Source: Chitinivibrionales bacterium (lineage in GTDB: Bacteria > Fibrobacterota > Chitinivibrionia > Chitinivibrionales > WJKA01). Taken from it: a stretch of 36,498 nucleotides of DNA. Location of the stretch: NCBI GenBank assembly GCA_038247415.1, contig JBBRUX010000040.1:1-36498 (forward strand), written 5' to 3'. Positions 1 through 9,134 of this stretch are shown here, piece after piece. A program made the translations under genes and the position numbers. How positions within the stretch are numbered: the stretch's first letter is position 1; every line of letters begins with the position of its first letter. Under the pieces are notes generated by a model, which was not told the DNA's origin, made no database searches, and saw nothing but the letters and a program-made list of their open reading frames with translations.

Positions 1-591
1 AATACCAGTGTCCCCTCATTGCTCATGGCAGGTATAGGGGCCTCGGCTGTAAAAATACGCACGTTTGGTATTACGGTGCTCGATCGTACCCCCGATGATC
101 AGTTGACTGTTGTAATGCAGAATAACTCTACAAAAGAGGAAGTGACACTTTCGCCTGGAGGACGTCAATCGTATAACCTCGATGAGGGGCTCAATCGGTA
201 TTCGATTCGGGTCTTGGATAAAGCGCAAAATGTGGGAAATGTTATTTCTGGAACGGTATATTATTTGCCTGGGCCTTTACAGATAGATTTAATTGATCCA
301 TCAAATTCTCCGGTAACTATCAATGATTTGCCCCCAATGCCAAAAAATACGGTACGTCCTAAATTTCATCTTGTGGTTGAAATAGACGACAACATTGGTA
401 CCGTTCCGGAAGCAATCAAATATTGTCGTGTGAGTGGGGCTGGAGTTGATATTCTCATGCGCAATGATTCCAAATACCGCTATAGCGCAGATATCGATGT
501 GTTGAATGGCTCACGGTCGTTTCTTATTAAAACTGAGGATTTGGCAGGCAATATAGGAACCAAAACGCTTGATATTGACATTAGAAGATAG
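1..591 (+). CDS. 3' part of a hypothetical, probably extracellular protein with Ig-like beta-sandwich repeats (5'-truncated by window edge)
   Basis: Frame is open from base 1; two DxAxN motifs (DKAQN, DLAGN) typical of bacterial Ig-like repeats; followed by a terminator. Confidence 0.7.
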   Translation, partial: NTSVPSLLMAGIGASAVKIRTFGITVLDRTPDDQLTVVMQNNSTKEEVTLSPGGRQSYNLDEGLNRYSIRVLDKAQNVGNVISGTVYYLPGPLQIDLIDPSNSPVTINDLPPMPKNTVRPKFHLVVEIDDNIGTVPEAIKYCRVSGAGVDILMRNDSKYRYSADIDVLNGSRSFLIKTEDLAGNIGTKTLDIDIRR

Positions 592-608
592 TAGGCGTTG
601 TTGTATAC

Positions 609-634
609 AAGGCTGAAATTGCTTCAGCCTTTTT
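609..634. terminator. Intrinsic terminator between convergent genes
   Basis: AAGGCTGAA-ATTGC-TTCAGCCTT perfect 9-bp stem followed by a T run. Confidence 0.8.
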
Positions 635-662
635 ACGTAACGTTTATGAGCGCAAAAGGAAG

Positions 663-1103
663 TTACGAAACAGTTACTGCAATCGATTTTGGTTTTGCAG
701 CTTCTGTCTTTTTAATACTCAGCTGCAATACCCCATTCTGATAATGTGCTTCGATACTGTTTGCATCGATGTGTTCTGGAAGTGAAAAAGAACGACTGAA
801 TGAGCCAAAACTACGTTCGTAGTGATAGTAGCTGCCTGCCTTTTCTTCCTTTCGAGCCACCTTTTTTTCGCCCGATAGAGTAAGAACCCCATTTTCGATT
901 TCTACCTTAATGTCAGTTTTGTCAATACCGGGCATATCGGCATGCAGTCGGTAATGGTTTTCTTCTTCAACAATGTCAACATCGGGCCAACGGTTATGAG
1001 AAATTTCCCTATTGCTTTTGCAAAATGGGGAGTTCGCATAAAAGCTATCCAGCCAATCGGAAATCGAAACGCCAGGAACCTGGTAGCGGATAAGAGAAGA
1101 CAT
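663..1103 (-). CDS. Hsp20/alpha-crystallin small heat shock protein
   Basis: PDVDIVE..ADMPG, ERSFGSFSRSFSLP and YQNGVL motifs; AAGGAGG RBS upstream. Confidence 0.95.
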   Translation of the reverse strand: MSSLIRYQVPGVSISDWLDSFYANSPFCKSNREISHNRWPDVDIVEEENHYRLHADMPGIDKTDIKVEIENGVLTLSGEKKVARKEEKAGSYYHYERSFGSFSRSFSLPEHIDANSIEAHYQNGVLQLSIKKTEAAKPKSIAVTVS

Positions 1104-1138
1104 AGAAACCCTCCTTCAATAAGTAAATAAAAAATGTA

Positions 1139-1324
1139 TTACAAATGTGCCAGTAAAGAATCAAGGCCTTGGTCTCTGTTTAATTCTATTGTTAGATTCT
1201 GGATATCTTCTTTACTTATAATAGTAATTCGATCTGGTCTTCCGCCAAGAAACGGAATATGATCTGGTTTAACAACATCCTGAAGCTTGACGTTTAAGTT
1301 GTCAAAATATTTTTTTATTTCCAT
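1139..1324 (-). CDS. Small hypothetical protein (61 aa) upstream of hsp20
   Basis: AAGAGGA RBS just before ATG; lies between a sigma54 promoter and hsp20 in the same orientation. Confidence 0.75.
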   Translation of the reverse strand: MEIKKYFDNLNVKLQDVVKPDHIPFLGGRPDRITIISKEDIQNLTIELNRDQGLDSLLAHL

Positions 1325-1368
1325 AGCGATCCTCTTTTCGTAAGGTGTTTGTGTTCACTTTTTAATAA

Positions 1369-1384
1369 AGCAATGCATGTGCCA
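1369..1384 (-). promoter_or_regulatory. Sigma54 (RpoN) -24/-12 promoter
   Basis: Minus strand TGGCAC-ATGCA-TTGCT, an exact match to TGGCAC-N5-TTGCW, ~45 nt upstream of the 61-aa ORF. Confidence 0.85.
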
Positions 1385-1668
1385 CCTTTAAAACAACCTT
1401 AAAGTTCTTGAATAATCACTACCACGGGCACAAAAAAAGTCTCATGCTGCAAAAGAAAACAGCATGTATGAAACAAATGTCTGATAATGGAACAGAAATG
1501 TGCTCTGCATTGGATTTTTAAGATCGGGCATGTACTTTGACAGGCATTCGATCAAATAAATAGGTATACTAGTATAATAGGCTGGAAAAACCTATTTTTA
1601 CTTTGAGTGGTCCAATTTGGCACAATAGTTATAAGTGTTTGATTTTTAATACATTAAAGGAGTTATTC

Positions 1669-2205
1669 ATGGTCAAGCTAGGGATTATTGCATTAGTATT
1701 TGTATCGTGTCTCTATGCGGGTGGGGTATCATTTAATCTTTCTGCAAGCACCGATGATGCAGAACTTGACATGTCTTTAAATCATATTAATATCGAAGCA
1801 CAACAGAGTCTTCCAGGTTTTTATTCATCAATGCGTATCGAATGTGGAGCGCCAGCCCCGGTAATAGATCATTTGCTCTATGTTGAGCATCTCTCCCCCG
1901 CAGATGCGTATATGACCTTACAAATATCTTCTGCTACCCATCGCCCCCCTCAAGAAATTGTCGTTGAGTATCGAAAAGGCCATAAAGGGTGGGGATCTTA
2001 TGCTAAACAAATAGGAATTGCTCCAGGCTCTGCAGAATTTCACGCTCTTAAAAATAAAGCCAAATCCCACGGTGGAAAAAAAGAATCGCATCAAGTTCGT
2101 GAAGGCGTTTCTACTTCGGTAATCGTTAACACTCCGGGTGTATCGGTTCGTGTTGCAAATGCACCTGAGAATCATTCTGGCAAGGAACATGGCAAAAAGA
2201 AATAA
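1669..2205 (+). CDS. Secreted hypothetical protein with GWG..AK.IGI.PGS.EFHALK motif
   Basis: AAGGAG RBS before ATG 1669 (better start than 1603); signal-peptide-like N-terminus; Lys/His/Gly-rich tail. Confidence 0.75.
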   Translation: MVKLGIIALVFVSCLYAGGVSFNLSASTDDAELDMSLNHINIEAQQSLPGFYSSMRIECGAPAPVIDHLLYVEHLSPADAYMTLQISSATHRPPQEIVVEYRKGHKGWGSYAKQIGIAPGSAEFHALKNKAKSHGGKKESHQVREGVSTSVIVNTPGVSVRVANAPENHSGKEHGKKK

Positions 2206-2268
2206 GTCCTCGTATGTAAGGGCATTCTATAGGGTATCAGATTAAAACTGTTTGCAAATGAACATATT

Positions 2269-2958
2269 ATGAATATTAAAAAATGTATTATTGCTCCCTC
2301 GATATTATCGGCAGATTTCCGAACATTGGCATCTGATGTAAAGAAGGTTGAAGCGAGTGGAGCCGATTATATTCATTGCGATGTCATGGATGGCCATTTT
2401 GTGCCCAATATTACCTTTGGCCCCCTGGTTATAGAGGCCGTAAAAAAAAGTGTCGCCATTCCGCTCGATGTGCATCTTATGATTTCTCAGCCAGAAAAGT
2501 ATATTGATGCCTTTTGTGATGCGGGGGCAGATATTCTTACTGTGCATGCTGAAGCATGCACAGATTTACCTTTTGTTATTAGTGCAATCAAGAAACGCGC
2601 TGTGCGTGTTGGTGTGTGTGTCAATCCCGATAAACCAATCGATCTTTTTTTGCCGCTCCTTGCATCAATAGATCAAGTTCTTATTATGACTGTGTTTGCA
2701 GGATTTGGTGGTCAAAAATTTATGCCTGCAATGCTCGAAAAAATAAAAGCCGTTCGGAATGTTGTTAAAGAGCAGTCCCTGGCGGTCGATATTGAGGTAG
2801 ATGGCGGAGTAAATCACGAGACTGCGCTTTTGTGCGCACAAGCCGGCGCCACTGTGCTGGTTGCGGGTAGTTATATTTTTAGTGCTCCCGATTACGGGGT
2901 ACCCATTAATGCAATTCGCGAAGGTTTTGCCCAAGGGCAAAAAAGTCTCGTGTATTAG
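2269..2958 (+). CDS. rpe: Ribulose-phosphate 3-epimerase
   Basis: APSILSADF, HCDVMDGHFVPN, DVHLM and VDGGV motifs. Confidence 0.97.
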   Translation: MNIKKCIIAPSILSADFRTLASDVKKVEASGADYIHCDVMDGHFVPNITFGPLVIEAVKKSVAIPLDVHLMISQPEKYIDAFCDAGADILTVHAEACTDLPFVISAIKKRAVRVGVCVNPDKPIDLFLPLLASIDQVLIMTVFAGFGGQKFMPAMLEKIKAVRNVVKEQSLAVDIEVDGGVNHETALLCAQAGATVLVAGSYIFSAPDYGVPINAIREGFAQGQKSLVY

Positions 2959-2990
2959 GCTTGACAAATATAAGAAAGTTTACAAACTCT

Positions 2991-4100
2991 ATGAGAATAA
3001 AAAAGTGGTTGCTGTATGCGATTGTTATGGGCACCGTCGTGGGGTGCTCAACTATCCCCACAGATCCCAAACATCGCGACCTTTTAGGCATGGTTCGAGC
3101 ATATCAGTATCTTCAGGTTTTTTCTATTTGGCAGGAGAACCTTCCGCAAGACCCAATTGGCAAATTTGACAATTCCGAGCAAATTGCACGTGCCATTCAT
3201 GATACTCTTAAGGGTGAGTCGTATACCAATTACTGGAGAACAAAAGACGATGCCCCACCGTATCTCTTTAGCTCGAGTAGCAATAGCGGGCTACAAGCCG
3301 TCAAAGCTCTTTCTAAAACAGTATATTATTCACAACTAACACCGCTTACTGCCTATATCTGGATAACAAGTTTCGATTCGTCAACAGTAACAGGGTTGCG
3401 TGCAAATGTGAATTGGCCGCAAAATATAATTCTCGACCTACGGGAAGATGGCGGCGGGCTTATTTGGGCTTGCACAAGCGCGGTTGAGCTGTTTTTGCCA
3501 GAGCAACGTCACTATATTAATGTTTCATCACGCGAATTTCATAGCGCGCTCGGTGCCGGCATAACAAAAAGAAAAGAACCATGGTTGTCAACGCATACAG
3601 GCGATATCTTTGAAGGTAAGAGAGTAGCTATACTTATCGATGGGGGTTCGGCGAGCGCATCTGAGATTATGGCTGTTGCTCTGCGCGACGGTATGGATCA
3701 AGCGGACGTGCACCTGTTTGGGGCTCAAAGCTATGGCAAAGGAATTGGGCAATATATATTTACACTACGGGATAATGCCGTAATGCGCATTACAGGCTTT
3801 CACTTTTATCGTGCCACGGGCGATACTGCATTGGCAGATTATCATCGTAAAGGTATTTTACCGGATGTATTTACAAAGGATACAATTGTCGTCACAGATA
3901 GCACCGATAGCCACACAAAGTCTTCTATTTTAACAGATGCAGTGTATAAAGCTGGTGTATGGCTACAGGATAACGAAATAAGTGGTTATGGGGTGCCCAT
4001 TCTTACATCAAAAATGGGAAGAAATGGTGTAATGCAAAAAGCATTAGGCAATGGTTCGGTATATAAACGAATTTCAACCGACGATCTTCCACTCTTTTAA
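2991..4100 (+). CDS. S41 family peptidase, predicted lipoprotein
   Basis: Lipobox VVGC; LDLREDGGG, SASASEI (catalytic Ser) and SYGKG (catalytic Lys) motifs; ATG 2991 preferred to TTG 2961. Confidence 0.85.
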   Translation: MRIKKWLLYAIVMGTVVGCSTIPTDPKHRDLLGMVRAYQYLQVFSIWQENLPQDPIGKFDNSEQIARAIHDTLKGESYTNYWRTKDDAPPYLFSSSSNSGLQAVKALSKTVYYSQLTPLTAYIWITSFDSSTVTGLRANVNWPQNIILDLREDGGGLIWACTSAVELFLPEQRHYINVSSREFHSALGAGITKRKEPWLSTHTGDIFEGKRVAILIDGGSASASEIMAVALRDGMDQADVHLFGAQSYGKGIGQYIFTLRDNAVMRITGFHFYRATGDTALADYHRKGILPDVFTKDTIVVTDSTDSHTKSSILTDAVYKAGVWLQDNEISGYGVPILTSKMGRNGVMQKALGNGSVYKRISTDDLPLF

Positions 4101-4124
4101 ACACGTGTTGGGGGAAAGTGGCAT

Positions 4125-5018
4125 ATGCGAATATTACAACGTCTTTACAGTATTGACCACCTTCCGGTATTGCCAGAAGTCATTCTGCATATTCAGCAAC
4201 TTCTCGCAGCAGATGAGGGCGATGCGCGAAAGCTTGCCACCCTCATCGAACAAGATCTCTCGTTGTCAACTCGTGTCCTTCAAATTGCTAATTCGGCATA
4301 TTTTCGTTCGTCAGATCAGCGTATATCTTCGGTGCAACGGGCCGTTGCCCAAATTGGGTTTGTTGAAGTAGCTAATATTGTTACGTCGCTTTCTCTTATG
4401 AGCGCGCTCCCGCTTACGGCAGGAACTATTGACTATAGAGAACTGTGGCGGCATAGTCTCACTGCTGCATATCTAACCCGATCAATTGCAGATGCGTCTC
4501 AGGTAGAATTTTCGCCAGCAGACCGTGCGCATTTGTTTCTCGCGGGGTTGTTACACGATATTGGCCTGCTTGTGTATGATCAGTTTTTTAGAAAAGAATT
4601 TGATGTGGTTGTCTCAACGGCACAGCGCCATGCTGCTTCCTATCTCGATACAGAACACTTGCTTATGCCAACGGAATCACATGCCACTGTTGGAAGTGCT
4701 TTGCTTGAGCTTTGGAAATTGGCAATTCCGGTGATTTCGGGTGTGCGCTATCATCACGATCCTCTAAAAAGCCCCGAAAAACATCGTGCATTAACAGGGG
4801 TTGTGAGTATTGCAGAGTATATTTTATGCAATTGGCGTTTGGGATCGTTTGAGGGGTCGGCTTCGGAGGTTGACGAATCGGTGTATCGATTGCTGGGGAT
4901 TCCCGTTGCAATCCTGCCCGATCTTTACAATATTGCACTTGCCACGGTAAGCACCTCCGATCTTATTCTGGCGCTTGATAGACCAAAAACTTCCCAGGAA
5001 TTACTGAAACCTATTTGA
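4125..5018 (+). CDS. HDOD domain signalling protein
   Basis: LPVLPEV, IEQD..LS..VL..ANSA, WRHS, GLLHDIG and YHH motifs. Confidence 0.92.
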   Translation: MRILQRLYSIDHLPVLPEVILHIQQLLAADEGDARKLATLIEQDLSLSTRVLQIANSAYFRSSDQRISSVQRAVAQIGFVEVANIVTSLSLMSALPLTAGTIDYRELWRHSLTAAYLTRSIADASQVEFSPADRAHLFLAGLLHDIGLLVYDQFFRKEFDVVVSTAQRHAASYLDTEHLLMPTESHATVGSALLELWKLAIPVISGVRYHHDPLKSPEKHRALTGVVSIAEYILCNWRLGSFEGSASEVDESVYRLLGIPVAILPDLYNIALATVSTSDLILALDRPKTSQELLKPI

Positions 5019-5034
5019 TGCAGGAGTATTCATT

Positions 5035-5976
5035 TTGGAAAAGATAATTATTATTGGTTCTGGTCCTGCAGGCCTTACTGCAGCAATTTATGCGGCTCGC
5101 GCTAATCTAGCGCCATTGCTTTTTGAAGGATTTCAAAGTGGAGGAATGCCTGGCGGTCAACTTATGATTACTACGGTAGTTGAAAATTATCCAGGATTTC
5201 CCAAAGGTATTGGTGGGCAGGAACTTATGGCTGCAATGCGGCTCCAAGCGCTTGAATACGGCACTCGCATCAATACCGAAGATGTTGAGAGCGTTGATTT
5301 CTCGAGAAAGCCTTTTTCGGTGACAGTGGGAAGTGGCACCTACGATGCATACTCAATTATTGTTGCAACCGGCGCTACAGCCAGACGGCTACCCCTCGAT
5401 TCGGAGCAAAGGCTGTGGAATAAAGGGATTTCGGCGTGTGCCGTGTGTGATGGCGGGCTTCCAATATTCCGCAACAAGGAATTAGCCGTTATCGGTGGTG
5501 GCGATAGTGCCATTGAAGAAGCTCTGCACTTAACTCAATTTGCTTCAAAAGTATACCTTATCCATCGACGAGATCAGCTGCGTGCTAGTCAAATTCTTCA
5601 GACTCGGGCGCAGCACCATCCAAAAATGGAAATTCTGTACAATAAAGTTGTTGAGGAATTTCTTGGCGAGACCGTGCTTTCTGGGATTCGTCTTCTCGAT
5701 ACGGTTACCAATACCGCAACCACGATTGCTATTGCGGGTGCATTTGAAGCAATTGGCCATGTTCCCAATACATCATTTTTAAGCAATCAGCTTAAGATTG
5801 ATAGCCTGGGATATATTGTTACTACCCCCGGAGCAACAACAACATCGGTTGATGGGATTTTTGCTGCCGGAGATGTACAGGATGGAAAATATCGGCAGGC
5901 TATTGCCGCAGCGGGGAGTGGATGTATGGCAGCTCTTGAAGCAGAGCACTGGCTTTCGACTCATGCTCACATCTGA
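5035..5976 (+). CDS. trxB: Thioredoxin-disulfide reductase
   Basis: GSGPAG, SACAVCDG active site, GGGDSA and FAAGDV motifs; AGGAG RBS before TTG. Confidence 0.97.
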   Translation: MEKIIIIGSGPAGLTAAIYAARANLAPLLFEGFQSGGMPGGQLMITTVVENYPGFPKGIGGQELMAAMRLQALEYGTRINTEDVESVDFSRKPFSVTVGSGTYDAYSIIVATGATARRLPLDSEQRLWNKGISACAVCDGGLPIFRNKELAVIGGGDSAIEEALHLTQFASKVYLIHRRDQLRASQILQTRAQHHPKMEILYNKVVEEFLGETVLSGIRLLDTVTNTATTIAIAGAFEAIGHVPNTSFLSNQLKIDSLGYIVTTPGATTTSVDGIFAAGDVQDGKYRQAIAAAGSGCMAALEAEHWLSTHAHI

Positions 5977-5995
5977 TCTTTTTTGTGATAGGCAT

Positions 5996-6022
5996 TCAAG
6001 TTATCGCATATTCTACCGATAC
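5996..6022 (+). promoter_or_regulatory. Sigma28 (FliA/SigD)-type promoter
   Basis: TCAAGTTA-N11-ACCGATAC versus consensus TAAAGTTT-N11-GCCGATAA, ~40 nt upstream of the 54-aa ORF. Confidence 0.65.
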
Positions 6023-6063
6023 TTCTAATAGGGTTTTTATATCACCCCTTTGAGGAGGTTATC

Positions 6064-6228
6064 ATGGATGTACGATCTCTTGCAAAATCGGTTGAAGCTG
6101 TTAATCAGATTATGCAAGCTGCTAGCGCCAAATCTACTGATATGGCAAAAAAAATAGCTGTATTAAATGTCGAGGCACTCGTGGGTAAGGAATCCGGCAA
6201 AGGACAGGCTGTCGACATAACTGCTTAG
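6064..6228 (+). CDS. Small YjfB-like putative motility protein (54 aa; not in ORF track)
   Basis: GAGGAGG RBS; translates MDVRSLAKSVEAVNQIMQAASAKSTDMAKKIAVLNVEALVGKESGKGQAVDITA; C-terminal GxxVDxxA. Confidence 0.75.
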   Translation: MDVRSLAKSVEAVNQIMQAASAKSTDMAKKIAVLNVEALVGKESGKGQAVDITA

Positions 6229-6409
6229 CCCGGCACTATTGTGTGTTTTGGTGCATCGAGGAATAGCCGCACGCTATCTCCTCGTGATGCGCATATCTAT
6301 TAGACACTAAGTATCAACAGTGCTCAATGCTTTCCTGTGGTTTTAAGGATTAACAGACATTCTCCAGCGATTTTCAACCGAGCTCTTTTTTTGCCTCATA
6401 CCTAAGAAA

Positions 6410-7570
6410 TTACCACCGGACAGATTCTATTTTTTTACAAGCTTCTTCGATAATAGAATCTTCTTTTGCAAAGCAAAACCGCGCAAAATTTTCGCCATGG
6501 TCGCCTTGGAAAAAAGCATTGCCGGGGACTGACGCAATGAGGGTTTTATGCAAGAAAGCTAACGTCCGTTCTTTGGCAGAGTCCCCGGGAATTTTTGAAA
6601 TATTTGCAAGGATATAATATGATCCCACAGGAACAAAGGGCGTAAGGCCTGCTGTTGAAAGCGCACAGCTCAGTTTGTCACGTTTTTTTTGATACGATTG
6701 CGCCATCTCGCTATAATAGTCGCGGTTAAGAGAATCCAGGCCCGCTGCAGCGCCTATTTGCAATGGTGCTGGTGCGCATACGTAAATAAGGTCGCTAAAA
6801 TGACCAATTGTTTGAGCCCATAATGTGTCACAAATACAATAACCAATTCGCCACCCGGTTATGCTGAACGTCTTTGATAGTCCCCCAATGGTGATAGTTC
6901 GTTTCCGAGCACCTGCCAATGACATTGGAGGAATATGCTTATGTCCATCGTATACAAAATGTTCGTAAATTTCGTCGGTTATAACAAATAGGTCGTGTTG
7001 GGTAGCGAGGTTGTAAATTGCCGTAAGCTCTGCGTGTGTAAATATCTTTCCACAAGGATTAGCAGGGGTATTTATTATAAGTGCCCGAGTGTTTGGACCA
7101 AGTGTCTTTTTGAGCAGATCGAGATCGAGTTCCCACGTGGGCGTTTTGAGCGGAACAAAGCGTGGTACCAGGTCAAGCGATACAAGTGTGTTGACATGAT
7201 ACCCATAATAGGGCTCAAAAATAATTATTTCATCGCCCGCATTAAAAAGTGCCTGACAAGCGCAATAAAGCGCCCCTGTTGCACCTGCAGAAACTACAAT
7301 TTCATGTTCGGGATCGATGGCGAGGTTGTAGTGCCGTGCATAAAAGCCTGCGATAGCTTCTCGGAGTTCGTGACGCCCATCATAGCGCGTGTAGGTGTTT
7401 ATTCCCTGGGAAATCGCATCCTGCGCACCTTTCTGGACAACCTGTGGAACTGGTGTATCACAAACGCCTTGTGCTAAATTGATACCGCCAACCTGCTTGC
7501 AGGCTAGTGTCATACTTCTGATTTCAGATTGCAAGATCGAATTGTGGCGAGCGCTTACATGAAGTGGCAT
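6410..7570 (-). CDS. Class I/II PLP-dependent aminotransferase
   Basis: INLAQG, NTPANPCG, DEIY and SKTFSITGWRIG (PLP Lys) motifs. Confidence 0.95.
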   Translation of the reverse strand: MPLHVSARHNSILQSEIRSMTLACKQVGGINLAQGVCDTPVPQVVQKGAQDAISQGINTYTRYDGRHELREAIAGFYARHYNLAIDPEHEIVVSAGATGALYCACQALFNAGDEIIIFEPYYGYHVNTLVSLDLVPRFVPLKTPTWELDLDLLKKTLGPNTRALIINTPANPCGKIFTHAELTAIYNLATQHDLFVITDEIYEHFVYDGHKHIPPMSLAGARKRTITIGGLSKTFSITGWRIGYCICDTLWAQTIGHFSDLIYVCAPAPLQIGAAAGLDSLNRDYYSEMAQSYQKKRDKLSCALSTAGLTPFVPVGSYYILANISKIPGDSAKERTLAFLHKTLIASVPGNAFFQGDHGENFARFCFAKEDSIIEEACKKIESVRW

Positions 7571-8135
7571 TCTGAGTACTTTTACTATGTTTTAAGGATA
7601 CTTTTTTAAATGGGGATTTATGCAAGAAAATAGCTTATGCTGCGGGCAGACAGCTATAGCGGGAATACAACAAAACTGCGCCTGTTAGCTATGCAAACTT
7701 CAAGAGCCAAGACATATGCACTTTTTGGGAATTGCTTCAATCATCATAGTGCAAACCTTATTCTACCCCCATTCCATCTCCAAGCCCCCTTTACACGGAA
7801 TCCTAGCCGTAGTTCCTAACACAATTCTAACACGTAAGCGTGTAAAGAAGCATTATGAGCTCTCTTTTACACATGACATGACCTGTTTTTAAATTAAATG
7901 CGTAAATTTACAAAAAGTGCTTGCATTTTTTTTTGAATTATACTACTTTTGTAAATTGACTTATGAGTATGAATGGCATTTGTTTATTCTGCACGGGCCG
8001 GAGTTGGTAAATAATACAACGGCTTTGTAAGGCTACGCAATAGTCTTATAATGCCTTTTTATCTTAAATACTAGTGTTTGTTGGCTTATTTATAAAAAGT
8101 TTTGAGAAGAATTTAATGCCGAGGATAAACCCGGA

Positions 8136-8378
8136 TTGGATATTGTTAATACTAGGGCTACAACAGGTAACTATATTGCACTCAGAACAAAATCTGCTTT
8201 AAGTTCTGCATCGGTTGGTGCGAGCGTTGAAGGAATATTGTATGGTGTGGATGCAAAATGTGCTTATACTGCGCCAATGACGGTTGCTCCGGCTACGTCA
8301 AAAGCCGGAAATTTTTATGCAAAAGGCGCGGTTAATAACTATGGTGTTTACGCGGTAGCCAGCGCTGGCACATCTTAG
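8136..8378 (+). pseudogene. Fragment of a Gly/Ala-rich surface or fibre-like protein
   Basis: Repeating YGV.A segments (LYGVDA, NYGVYA); no convincing start or RBS. Confidence 0.35.
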
Positions 8379-8679
8379 CGAGCTGCCATTGGCTACCATG
8401 AGTGCATTCCAGTCTGTTAGTGCGGTAAAGAGTGCTTTGCTGTATGCGAGCAATAATACTATTAGTAAAGGTGTCGGTTACAGTGCCCTCGAAACTACGA
8501 TAAAACATAGATCTGCAGCTTATACGTATCTCATTATTAGGTGTGAAATACAGAATAATCTTGGGAAACCAATAAATATTAAAACCCGCAATATTGACCA
8601 TGTGGATTTAAAAACTGTAATTATAGGCAAGTTTGAGACAAAAGCATCGATTATCAAGATTTAATGAAAGGAATGACTC

Positions 8680-9134
8680 ATGAAAACGTATATAGTTTTG
8701 TTTGTTCTGCTGCTACTTGGAATATTTCTTTTGGTAAATAATTGTTATTTACCCAGTTCCAATGGAACATGGGGCCACCACCACCGATTGACACTACATC
8801 AATTGAACATTATAAAAATGCGCGAACAAAAACATTGCATATTGAGGTCGATAGTTGCCCAAATCTAAATGCAGGCCCTGGCGGATTAGCGGATGTTGAT
8901 GTCTATTGGAATGATTCGTTGATTGGTCATACAGATACAACTAATGGTAACAGAGAATTCAAAGCTACTATTTTCTATGATTCCTTCCCATTCAAATATA
9001 AAGTGAAATTAGTGAAGCCAGGCTATCTAGCAAGAGAGAAAAAAGATTGGTGTACAAGTGGATATGGAAGTGAATTGCGTTGGGGTTCTTGTTTGCAAAT
9101 TGATAGTGCTTATGTGAAGGTTGGTGTCAAATGA
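8680..9134 (+). pseudogene. Frameshifted exported protein (possible lipoprotein)
   Basis: RBS plus signal peptide ending ..VNNC in frame 8680; protein-like body continues in frame 8742..9134, shift near 8745; stop overlaps next start (ATGA). Confidence 0.6.

Noticed and set aside
1618..1632. Sigma54-like TGGCAC upstream of the secreted protein gene
   Set aside because: The -12 position reads TTAT and lacks the required GC
8389..8664. 91-aa ORF in the decayed island
   Set aside because: No RBS or recognisable motif; probably a patchwork of remnants
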